Positions 22,955-33,526 of a DNA stretch of 33,633 bases are shown here, piece by piece (the first letter of the stretch is position 1; each line of letters begins with the position of its first letter). Position numbers and translations under genes: made by a program. The DNA comes from Catajapyx aquilonaris. Its lineage: Eukaryota. The stretch spans positions 1 through 33,633 of the forward strand of contig JYFJ02004247.1 of the NCBI GenBank assembly GCA_000934665.2, read 5' to 3'. Below the pieces are notes generated by a model, which saw nothing but the letters and a program-made list of their open reading frames with translations, did not search any database and was not told the origin of the DNA.

Positions 22955-24030
22955 CGCTGAAACGCCATTACGACACTTTTTGCAAATATCGCGAATATTT
23001 GCGATGACGAATAAGGAGTCACCGTAGGGTGGGCCTACAGCAACAAAAGCATTGCTTACTGATTTTTTGAAGAGGTTTGTATATTTATATTATTTGTTTA
23101 TTTGTACTATTTATTCTCACAATTATTTTATTATACAAGTAGGCCTACATAGCTGCTGTCCAATGTTAGCAGAGTGGTTCAGTATACAACAGTTACAAGT
23201 AACTACCGCTCTCGTCTGATTCTGGCACAATTTTGCAACGACTATGAGTAATCAAAATACGTAAGTTTTCATTGCTGAGAAGCAGTGGTATTTTATGGAT
23301 GGACCGCCCTATAGTCTGTCCCAAAATTTTGGGGGTCGCCCAAGGGGGGGCTAAAATTTTTGTGCGGCACGTGCATGTTAATGGGTGCTGATCAATGCGG
23401 AATTTGGAATTAATACGAACACGTAATGACCGTACGTCCATGGCTATAAAGTGATTAATTAGTAGTTAATGGCGAGTTACCGTCCACGATTAGAATATTT
23501 TTGGATGGGGGTTGGCTTGAAATAAGCGATGAAACATTGTTGCATGACAGGATCGTTGAACCAGAATCTTCGTGCATTCATGGCAGAAACAATTCTCACT
23601 CATCCGCTTCAAAAATATTCATTTGTTAGCTGCACCCCCGCAGCAGAAACAAAGAGTGTAACATCAGTGTAACGTCAGCATAACCCGGCCTCAGGGGTAT
23701 GTGCCAACCTGTACCTCCAACAGCCAGTCCATGCTGCATATTATGTTGTGTGTGCGAATACTCTGATTCCGCCCATTGATTCTCTCGGTCACAGAGCCGC
23801 GGATATCATTATTGTTCACAGGCACAATGGAATTAAATTAGCCCCCCCTCTCCCCTCCCTTCCATCACGTGGCTCAGGATTATTTCCAAAAGTTGTCAGG
23901 GACATGTCATCGCTTGAAAGAGTACTGTCATACAGCAAACGGCTGCTGAAATCAGCCCAAAAAATGCACAATTATTCCAGAACATATGCTCGCTCTAATG
24001 GTCCAAATAAATAAATGAATAAATAAATAA

Positions 24031-24340
24031 TCTCTATCTCTATAAATAAGGAAGTTTGTCAATTTGTCAATTTGTCAGTTTGTTTGTCCCTTATAGAAAT
24101 CCGGGGGAAGGCCCCTACACCGCCTTAAATTAGCATATCGGGAGTTACATTTTTCAAGGAATTTAATGCTGCATGTTTCAGCTTCCGAAAATGTACCTAA
24201 CACCCATAACACGCATATTCCCAATTAACCAATTGCCAATTACCTATTTAACAATATTCATAGATTTCCATGGTAATGCCCTCATTACATTGTAGGCCTA
24301 CCACCATAACTTACTCGGGCAACGCCGGGTAACCTGCTAG
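24031..24340 (+). mobile_element. Non-autonomous Helitron (310 bp)
   Basis: 5' TC start (TCTCTATCTCTATAAATAAG), short TTTGTC(AA) tandem array near the 5' end, GC-rich subterminal hairpin ACTCGG-GCAACG-CCGGGT (24313-24330), 3' CTAG at 24337-24340. Inserted between A and T in an (AAAT)n tract with no target-site duplication. Confidence 0.88.
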
Positions 24341-24907
24341 TTAAATAAATAAAATAGCCGGACCTGCCCATCACAAACATTCATCACTGAGCTTTTCCTC
24401 AAAATAGAACGAGAATTATTGCAACAAGACACAGGCTCATCGTTTCGCCAGTTTGAATTTAAAATTAATTTATATTATGCAGATAAGTGACGTCATATGA
24501 TTTTAAACAGGGAGTTTAAGTGAGAACAACGTCTCTGAATTTCTGCTTAAACACGGGTCCATACCTGGATGCTGGAGGTGTTTGGAAAGTAACCTCGGGT
24601 AATTACGTGGTGGTTATACCTTGTAGGGCGCGTCAACAATATCGAATCACCTAGGCCCGGGTTTTAATCAGGGCGGTTTGCAACCAGATTCTAGCTCAAG
24701 TTTAGCGTTTGGATATTTTATGGTTGCGACAAGTTGGCAGAGCCTGTGGGAGGGCTTTATCTCATAAATCCCCCTGACCCGGGCTCATGTTTGCCCAGCA
24801 TCCGCCCAGGCTATTGCTTTGCTTCTCTCAACTTGACATGATCTACGTACTGTACCAACATGCGGATATAACCTTGTATAGCCATTGCTCCGCTGGAAGG
24901 TTCAACG

Positions 24908-24920
24908 CCNCCCCCCCCCC
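24908..24920. repeat. Poly-C tract containing an ambiguous base (N at 24910)
   Basis: Direct reading; true length uncertain. Confidence 0.85.
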
Positions 24921-25421
24921 GAGGTTTAACCCGCATTATGATCACACCTAATGCCAAAAGCTGCTTAAGAGCAATATGGCATACGCTTTTTGGTTTTTTT
25001 AAAAACCAGACTAACTTTTAATGGTTACAATAATTTGTAGGCTATTCCGCGGTAAAGCTGTTTATTTGCTCCAACTTTTTACTAATCGTTAACTCGTGTC
25101 TATTACTGCAGAAGTTTCTATAAGCAACTTGTACTACAACCCTAGGCCTAATATGCAAATGGGTCATTTAGAGAATAAAATTAATTGTAATTCAAGCCCA
25201 TATAGGGCGTTTATTAAGTCAAACATTAATTAAATTTATTCAAACTTAATCATTAAAATTAAATTTAAATAATTAATTCCCTTTAAATTTAATTTCATGA
25301 ATGTAAATGTAATAATGACTAACAAAATAAATTAAGTTAATAATAATTGATATCCTATAATAAAAGGCAGAATGATGTAAATAAATAGTTTGTTATATGG
25401 AAATGTCAATATTGAAGTCTA

Positions 25422-25620
25422 TTAACTCTTTGAGGGCTACGCGCCTCATTTGATGTCCTGCTTGTTTTTGAACTAGGCGTGCTAGAGTTTAGACAGATAT
25501 GGCGCCGTTTGAAGCTAAATATTGGAGCATATTGTTTTTCATTAATATAACTCAGACTACTACAAATTTTATCCAGAAACGAAAAAAACCACCTAAAAAA
25601 CCCCGCCGTCAAAGGGTTAA
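25422..25620. mobile_element. piggyBac-type MITE (191 bp, 25426-25616) with TTAA target-site duplications
   Basis: TTAA at 25422-25425 and 25617-25620. Left TIR CTCTTTGAGGGC versus reverse complement of the right TIR CCCTTTGACGGC (10/12). No coding capacity. Confidence 0.75.
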
Positions 25621-26384
25621 TGACCTCAATGAGAATGGGGTGAACCCTGAGAAAACCCACGCAAACAGGAACAGAACCAATTTAAGCACCTCTTATACAT
25701 CCCGTGGATCGAACTTCCGCCTAATCCAGCTTTAAATATCGGAAAGGAAGACCGAGGGGTAACCAGAACCAATTGATTTCCTGGAATTTATGGGAATTCG
25801 ATAAGAACGGGGACTGCGGGAGGATAAAAAATGGGCCCAACTCGTCACCTTAAAACAAATTTCCTGGCAAATGATGACAAAACTCGCTTTGTCACCTCCA
25901 ATCTTCCGCCTCGGTTGTTTACGTAGTCTTCCTACAACTCTGGTTATATCATATTTTTCACCCCCTTCGCCCCCTTCATATTTTATCCCTAGCTTGGGCT
26001 TGTTACTGTTGAAACGTCAGACCCTGCTATAATAAATAGCTAATAAGTCGCAACATGGCGATGGAAGACGTGGCGAATTGAAAATTATTTCCCTTCAGAA
26101 GGCACCCAGTTTTCTTTGGAAAATGTGTACTGTAAACGGGTCGTATTTCAACACCCAGTGGTGTATCAATGCTGGCTCAATTTGGTGTGAGATTTGAAGT
26201 TATGAGCCCCGTGACAATAGGACGCCTCGGTGTGCTAAAAAAGCGTTAGTTAACAAAACGGAAAATGTTTGCTTTTTTTTTGATAATGTCCTAGGGATGA
26301 GGTCGGGAACGAGTTTCCGCTAAATTTAGTCCACTCATTTCGCAGGATATATAGTAAGAATCGCCGAGGGAATAGGATACTTAC

Positions 26385-26403
26385 CTTGAACTCAAGCCTG
26401 TTG
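26385..26403 (-). other. Candidate micro-exon or exon 3' end with a near-perfect splice donor
   Basis: Minus strand reads ccccattttcccttcag|CAACAG|GCTTGAGTTCAAG|gtaagtat: polypyrimidine tract, two AG acceptors, donor AG|GTAAGTAT. Confidence 0.4.
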
Positions 26404-26805
26404 CTGAAGGGAAAATGGGGCACAATATTTTTGCCACAGGTCCGTCTTTTTAAAAGTGTCATAAAATACTATTTACAATGTGTTTTTATAGCGGCGTGTC
26501 CGTTTTCGTTATAGGACATAACTTAAAGCAAGTATCTCTTGGCTGCTAATTGGCAACCGCAACTATAGGCGGAGTTTAAAACATCCGATCTCAAATTGCG
26601 AAGTTTTTGTATTGAAAAAATATTTTAAAAATAATCATTCTCACATTTCCAAACTTTTCTAATTAACCTCCTGGCGCGTGTCAGTTGTACACCGCAATTT
26701 CCTCGCGAAAATGTCACCCGCTAGATCTCAAGAATCTGCCAAGTCCATTTTGCGTGCGATACGTGAATTCTATGCATAACTTTCGCGTCAATGAACTGCA
26801 TTTTT

Positions 26806-26827
26806 AAACCTTTTCGAACACCCTGTA
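26806..26827 (-). mobile_element. Tc1/mariner-like terminus remnant
   Basis: Minus strand TACAGGGTGTTCGAAAAGGTTT (core 26819-26827). Confidence 0.4.
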
Positions 26828-26928
26828 CTGCCAGCAATTTCAACAGAATCGGCAGGAATGCAACGCAGATGTAACCTTGTATATAGCTCATGTGGCACGA
26901 ACTCTATTAATATTCGCATTATTTTGCA

Positions 26929-27073
26929 CACCTGCTGAACCTCGGCATTCAGCTCATTTTAACGATATACAGGCATGTGGTATCGGCCAGGTTTTGCAAT
27001 AGAATTTCGTTATCTGCAACCAGTTTTGATCTGTCTGATCTATTGGGAGTGTTTCGGGTGAGTTCAGCAGGTG
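26929..27073. repeat. 12-bp perfect inverted repeat with extendable stem
   Basis: CACCTGCTGAAC (26929-26940) / GTTCAGCAGGTG (27062-27073). Further bulged pairing inward (CTCG/CGGG, GCATTC/GAGTGT). Confidence 0.5.
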
Positions 27074-30000
27074 AAAGATTACAACTAATTTAAAAAAAAG
27101 TGTGATTAAGAGCTTCAGTGCTGACAGTGCGGGTTTTAATTTTTGAGACAGGTTTCTACGGTCTAAGGGACACCTTGCCCTCTTTTTTTGGAGGAAGGAG
27201 ATGAGGGGCTAACAACCCCTTTTTCATGGTACCACACACATGCGGGTACCACACTCAATCATCGGTGTGTTTGGCCTCCTTTCCGCCACCATTGCTCTGA
27301 GCAAACACATTGCGCAATTATTCATACACGTGGCACGTTATACTGCACTGACACATCTGGAACTTGGAATCGTTCGTCACATATCGGTTACAAAAATAGA
27401 ACAGGAAAAATATTCAACTTAATTTTAAAATATTGCGACAAACATGCAACTCTGGGTGGTGAAAATGATAAATATTGCGTTTGACAGTTTTTGGCATAAC
27501 AATTGAATTTACTCCATTAATCAGTCAATATCAAAAAGATTGTGTTATGGCATCGTATAATAAGGTTATGGCTTGGTGATTAACTGCATCATCAAATAAA
27601 AATATGATAGTAAATCTGCAGCGTTTGTATGGTAGAACAGGCCTGTGAGCACTGGTTTTACTGGCGTCTGCATATGATGTGCAGATCATTTCCCCCCATA
27701 TATTTTTCCTCTTGCTCATGCTACAGCTGCGTATAGGCTGGAAGGCATGTAAAATAAATGCTGCGCAAATATTCCCACATCCAACCAGCCACACACCGCC
27801 ACACACACTTTTGCACATTTGAACACCTGGCCTCCTAATCGACAAACATAATTATTTTAAATGTCAAAAGGTGACGTCTTTTAATCAAAACCGCAATTCG
27901 CAAAAATCCAACCCTCTTATTAATTGATCACCAGAACTCTCTATATTACGTTGCGTGATGCCCTAGATAACCATACAGTGTGCGTAATTTACCCAAAGGG
28001 CTGGAACTTCCTCGGTCGCGCTACTGACGCACGATTCACCAGAAATGTAATTTAAAATGCATAATAATTGTGGCTTAATCACTCACATGTCTGATGAAAG
28101 GTTTTGCTTGAACGTCGAAACGTAATTTTCAGTGTAGATGAATGCTGCCAATAATAAGACAGGAAAAGTAAATCAAAAATTTTCTCTCAATTATTCTAAT
28201 TTGCAAAAATTCGTATTTGAACATTATAAAATGCAGGTGACACTGATGATAATATTCGTTTATTTTCTGCGAAGCTGAAGAACCTACTTGGATATTTTGC
28301 ATGTGTCCCTTTTTGTTCCATAATTGAGGGAGTACACTGGGTTGAGCTGTAGAGGCATTCATAATTCATGGTAGGTTGAAAGCCTTGTGGAATGGAGGTA
28401 ATGGCCTCTGGTGGCAGGATGGGAGGGAAAAATGTAACACCGCAGCAGAAAAGGACTTTTTCTGCTGCCTACACCTTCATTCCAGCTTGGGGTTGAAAGC
28501 CATCCATCAAGTCGCATTGGCTTTTGGAGAAAACGGGGGTGGGATGTGCTGACGCGAACAGATTTAAAGTGATTGATTTTGCGCAGTTTTCCTTCCGGAT
28601 TATACAGGTTCAAAGGACACATTCTCGGATGGCCGTTACGTAACTTGGCCGCTAATAACGAATTACATGCCCCTTTTTTTTGGCCAAAGCGAGAGCTATT
28701 ATGGCTTGACCTGCCCGGAGTGTATAGTATCGAAATCCGGTGAGATGAGAATCCAATCACCCGGTTTTAAGCCACGGGGATTATTAAGTTTGGCACAATT
28801 AGCGCACATTCATGCTACAAATTAAAGATGCAAATCCTTCGGGGGAGTCTTACAGCCTTGGGATTTACGTTCGGCATTGTAGTTTCATCTAGTTCATTTT
28901 AGGCTCGCCATTTAAAAATTGATTAGGGACAAACACGCACTGTTCAAGTTAATTGTTAGCTCACAAATCGAATCACAATATGATTTCTGTTACACAAGTG
29001 GTTTCGAACTGCTCCAAATTCAAATGTGTTTTGCTTTGTACATGCATGGTAAAGTACTTAATTATTTATTTATACAGCATGCCACTAGAATGGTGATATT
29101 TTTTACATAATTTTTTAACAGCGTAGCAGTGCTTCTGAGAAGTCTGCCATTCAAATGGAGAACGACGTGGATGAGGATTAAGTGAAGGGTCGCCCATCTG
29201 CGTCTTAGGGATTATTAAAATTAATGCACGCATCGTGGTAAAGAAAACTTGGCAAGCGGAGCAGTGGGTGCACCTTTTGTCTCACTGGTGCGGAAACTTC
29301 ATTTCCATGAAGAGTTTGCACAAACAACGGGGATCTATTAATTATGTACGAATTTTCGAGGCGTCGATTCTGGTTGAGCATATACCTGGTACATTCTGCG
29401 CACGTAGATTGCAAACCGAAGCAGACGGGGGCTCTCGATCAATTTGTTATTGGCTGAATTGCCTGTAGAGCCAATTAACGTTTCTATGCATCTTATCCAT
29501 AATTTGGATTGTGCATGGGTTGGCAAATATTATGTTTTATTTATGCTTCAACTATTATTAAATATTAATATATGAGCATTATGGATGAACCATTTTGCAT
29601 TTATCAGCCACTAATATTTCCCTATAATATATATCGGCAATTAATTTGCATGAAGCAGTTGCTCCTACCAACTGATAACATGCAACTAATTTTTTGCACA
29701 CTTTATAGGTACGAGATATTAATGCAAACAAGCAACCTTATAAGGTGTCAGTGCCCTTTTTTGCTAAAACGATAGTTTACGCTAAAATAACCGTTTCATG
29801 TCCAGCGCAGATGCTTGCAATTGATGCGAATCTTACGTCGCATATTTCTGAAGGCACACTCGATGTTCCCGAGTGGGTCATAATCACGCAAATGGGCATA
29901 TTGGAGCCAGGAGGAGATTAGTGATAGCCCTCAGAGCAGAGAGAAATGTGTCGTAGCTTCAGGTGCGGGGCCAGGGAAAACCGTCAAGAGGGTGCTTGCA

Positions 30001-31568
30001 TGCAACTGCTGTCCATATTATAGACCGTGGGATGCGACCGAGTTGTCCGACTTAATTTATGGCCCCGTGGACGGTCCCTTGCTAGGAGTTAAGGCTTGAT
30101 TGGAAAATTGGAGCACTTCTTGGCCATTAGGAAAATGTGGGCAACGTTCAGTTGAAGGCAAGGTCGATGGATATGTATGTGCGAATGTTGCGATGGATTC
30201 AGCACGGTCACGATTAATCACATACCTATACAGTTGGCAGAATGGTACAATGCGTTTGATGATGTGGACTGAATCACTTTTTGAAACACTTAGGATGAAA
30301 TATTTGCTATTATGTCCCATAAAAATCTATGAAGGACAGGAAAACATTGTTGATGTAGCCTACAAGTCTAAATCATTGATTCATATCTCAATAAAAGTTC
30401 ATGGCCGAAACTCTTCCATTCCTATCATGGTGAAGCCCACCATAAATTTCGACTCATATAAATACACGACGTCCTCACAAGGGCCATCCCAGAGTTATTT
30501 GAATAAGCCGCGTCAATGCCCATGACTAAACTTCTTGGCAGTTGAATCAGTGTTGTCGGAACATACTCGTACTAACATCCACATTTCCCGAAAAAAATCC
30601 GACACGTTGTGCGCAGTATTCGTCGTATTTATTACTTGCTGACTACTAGTAATCAAGGCAACAGGGCTGCCTTAAATTATTTACCGGCCGCGTCTTCCGG
30701 ACAGGCAATCACGACATTATTTATTGTCACGAGAAGCAAGTCCCACACGGGAATTCCATGTCCTTCCGACTTTTTCACCAACTTTTATTGCGCGGATCGC
30801 AAAACTAGCCCAGGAGTCATCCGGATTTTTAGCAGATTCCGGTTCAGAGTGTTTATTATAAAGAGGCTTTGAGTACACGAACACCTCTTTAAATTCAGGT
30901 CCTACTAGCTGAAATCCCCCTGTGCAATGATTGCATGGAAGCGGGATTTCTGCCGCAATTCCCACAAGATTTATAGGCTCTAGGGGGCTCGCATCTATTT
31001 TGTAAATTATATGCGCGACGCTGGATACCTAGCCTAAAGGGCTGTAAAAAAATATGACGAGCCCAAAAACAAAACGCCATGTTAGCAAAACCAGGTCACA
31101 ATACTTCTGCCATTTCCCCACAGCTACTTGTGAATCGATAGACCAAGAGAGAAAAAAAAAACTGTGAGAATGTCAAGCGTTAACATTTTTACGGCGATTA
31201 AGTTCTCTATGAATAATAATTCAGCTTTTCCTGCCTGGGAGATAATAAGGCCTGACACCGCACCCTCAACCTGAAAAAAATGCATCGCATCCACCAAAAC
31301 TAATGAAGTTTGTAAGCGTGATTCTCATCCTCCGACACACAAAAAATGTAATGAGAAAGAGAGCGGTGCAATATCAAAGGCAACCTTTCCAGAGATGGCT
31401 CACGTTAATTTTTGTCGCAAAAACCCTAATAACTTTCTCCTGAAGTTAATACCGGCGTCAAAATTGGCCCTCACCTTTTTTTTGGCCAATGACACATCCA
31501 AAATGCGACGTAGCAGTGGGTTACATTCGAAATAAATTTTTCATATTTAAAAAAATGCTGCGCCGAGG

Positions 31569-31647
31569 GCGGAAAAGACGCGACGGAAATAACGCCGCGT
31601 TTTTTCCGCATCAGTTTTGGCTCTCCAACGTTATTTCCGTCGCATCT
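31569..31647. repeat. Interlocked inverted repeats (A-B-A'-B')
   Basis: GCGGAAAAGACGCG (31569-31582) / CGCGTTTTTTCCGC (31596-31609), 13/14; and GCGACGGAAATAACG (31580-31594) / CGTTATTTCCGTCGC (31629-31643), 15/15. Confidence 0.9.
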
Positions 31648-33501
31648 GTTATATTATGAGACAAATCCGACCTGTTGTAAGACCAGAAACTGATCAAGTT
31701 GTGCAATTAGCCCGCATTTTGTTAATTAGAAGGCTCCAGGTATTACGGTGTTTGGGACTTGTTCCCTTTGTGCTGGGCGTGTCTCTGGAAGAGGCGTATG
31801 CAGCAGGAACTTGGGCTGCCTCTAGCTGCCAAGAAGTCCCCAAAACCCGGACCCAAATGAGACTGAGCTTTGCCTCCAGCAATTAGTTATAGCGTGTAGG
31901 CTGCAACCCCTACCCACCGTTGACACATGAGGCCACTCATGCCTCTTCTACGCTGCACTTCAAAGGCCAACCCTCCGCTCCAGGTAAACACTGCTCCGGA
32001 CAAGCCCGGAAAACCGCCTTATCCGGGCACTGGGCGAGAAAAGGGGGGGATTCGACCCGGATGCATCCGGGAAAATCCGGCTAATCACCGGGTGAAGTTT
32101 TCCACTTGTTTTTTTTACAAGTCGCCTTTACAGTCACAATCGTAGAATTCGCTTACTGATACACTTGCAGAATATATTTTCACTTAATAATATGTTAAAT
32201 GGAATTTAGCTCATTTTTACTATCCAGCATGATATTGTTCATGACATACTATTCAGTGAAAAGGGGCAAATTTTGCCGCTGAAAATAAATGACGCGAAGG
32301 AAGTTTCCATAATGGAAAATAAGACAAAATTATCGCAATTTTAAATAGAAGACTCGTCTCCTTGCACTTAAGTGTAAGAAATGCGCAGTTTTTCCCTAGT
32401 TATCTAAATGGTAATGAACTGGGCGTTATAGACTTTAAGCTTGGCGGCTGAGTGCGAGAGATTTGCAATCCGGGCTCCTTTCCTCCGGCGCAGGTGGTAA
32501 CAAGGGGCTAATGTCGAGTGCTTAATGCATGCAATTTACTCCGTTCGAAATGGTGTATTTCGCAGTGCTCGGACCTATTACCCGCGTTTTCTGCTGGAGT
32601 TACTTGCCAAATTCTCAACTTCTCTTTTCCAGTTGCGGGACTTTATTGACCAAGTTCCAGCACTTTAGAGGGGAACTATATATTCTCCGGTGTATACTGC
32701 ACAACTTGGCTGGTTTCATTCTTAGGATATAAGATCTCAACTGCAGAGTTATTTTGGTTGCATTTGGCCATGGATAGAAGCAGACAAGATGAAAATTGAT
32801 TGTTTTGGTGTTATTTATAGAATTTGTTTTATATTTGTTTTTATAAGAGCGTTTGAATAGGTTTTTGAAGTTCCAGTTTGGGTTCACTTTGTTTCCCATT
32901 AATTTGTATGTATAAATGTTGTTAATTCTATGACTGCAGGGCAGCCGTTCTCAACTTTTGCCACATCGGCCTACAAATGAAAACTGAACACAAGTCAACA
33001 CGAATTTATCTAGCAGAGTTGTTTTGCGAAATACAATGGGAATAATTATATCAAAAAATACTTGCACAGCCCTGCTCATTAGCTTGCTTTATAACGTACT
33101 GTATGTTACTGATATAATTTAAAAATCGTTGCTTTCACAACTGTAAGGCTGGGCTAGTGCATATGAAATTATTAGAAAAAATATTACTGTAGAGTTTCGC
33201 TTTTTCCTCCTATAGAAAACGTAGTATTATTTAAAGAACAATTTCCGCTAACATTAGACCCAATGACAATGTGCAACGCACATCTATTGTACAAATTACG
33301 AGTATATAATGAGAGTGAAGCACTTGTTACTGTACTGCTTGTACAGCAGGCTTTCATTAAACTCAACACACGTGGAAACTGCACTGCACACCATCTGCTA
33401 TTCATTTCCGTAGGAAATTCCATTTTTGCCCACGCTTGGAACTGTAAAAAAAAAACATTTGTGCTTGCCTTTACCCCGTAAAAAGCCTTCTCCAGGAAAC
33501 A

Positions 33502-33526
33502 TACAGGGTGCTCCAAAAAGAATGAC
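33502..33526 (+). mobile_element. Tc1/mariner-like terminus (element may run off the right edge)
   Basis: TACAGGGTGCTCCAAAAAGAATGAC. Confidence 0.45.

Noticed and set aside
23167..23225. Pol III A-box-like TAGCAGAGTGG (and B-box-like GGGTCGAATCC on the minus strand near 32050)
   Set aside because: No paired A and B boxes at proper spacing and no cloverleaf; not called tRNA or SINE.
10253..31170. Su(H)/CSL-type YGTGRGAA sites (about 8)
   Set aside because: Dispersed, unpaired and only mildly above expectation.
31546..31568. Slippery heptamer (A AAA AAT) upstream of the pseudoknot-like element as a -1 frameshift signal
   Set aside because: No credible overlapping ORFs, and the 12-nt spacer is longer than typical.
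32942..32960. CAGCCGTTCTCAACTTTTG resembling a hAT/Charlie-type terminus
   Set aside because: No partner TIR or 8-bp TSD found.
527..33334. TACAGTA/TACTGTA words as Tc1-type excision footprints (about 11 copies)
   Set aside because: Only about twofold above my hand estimate; not distinguishable from background here.
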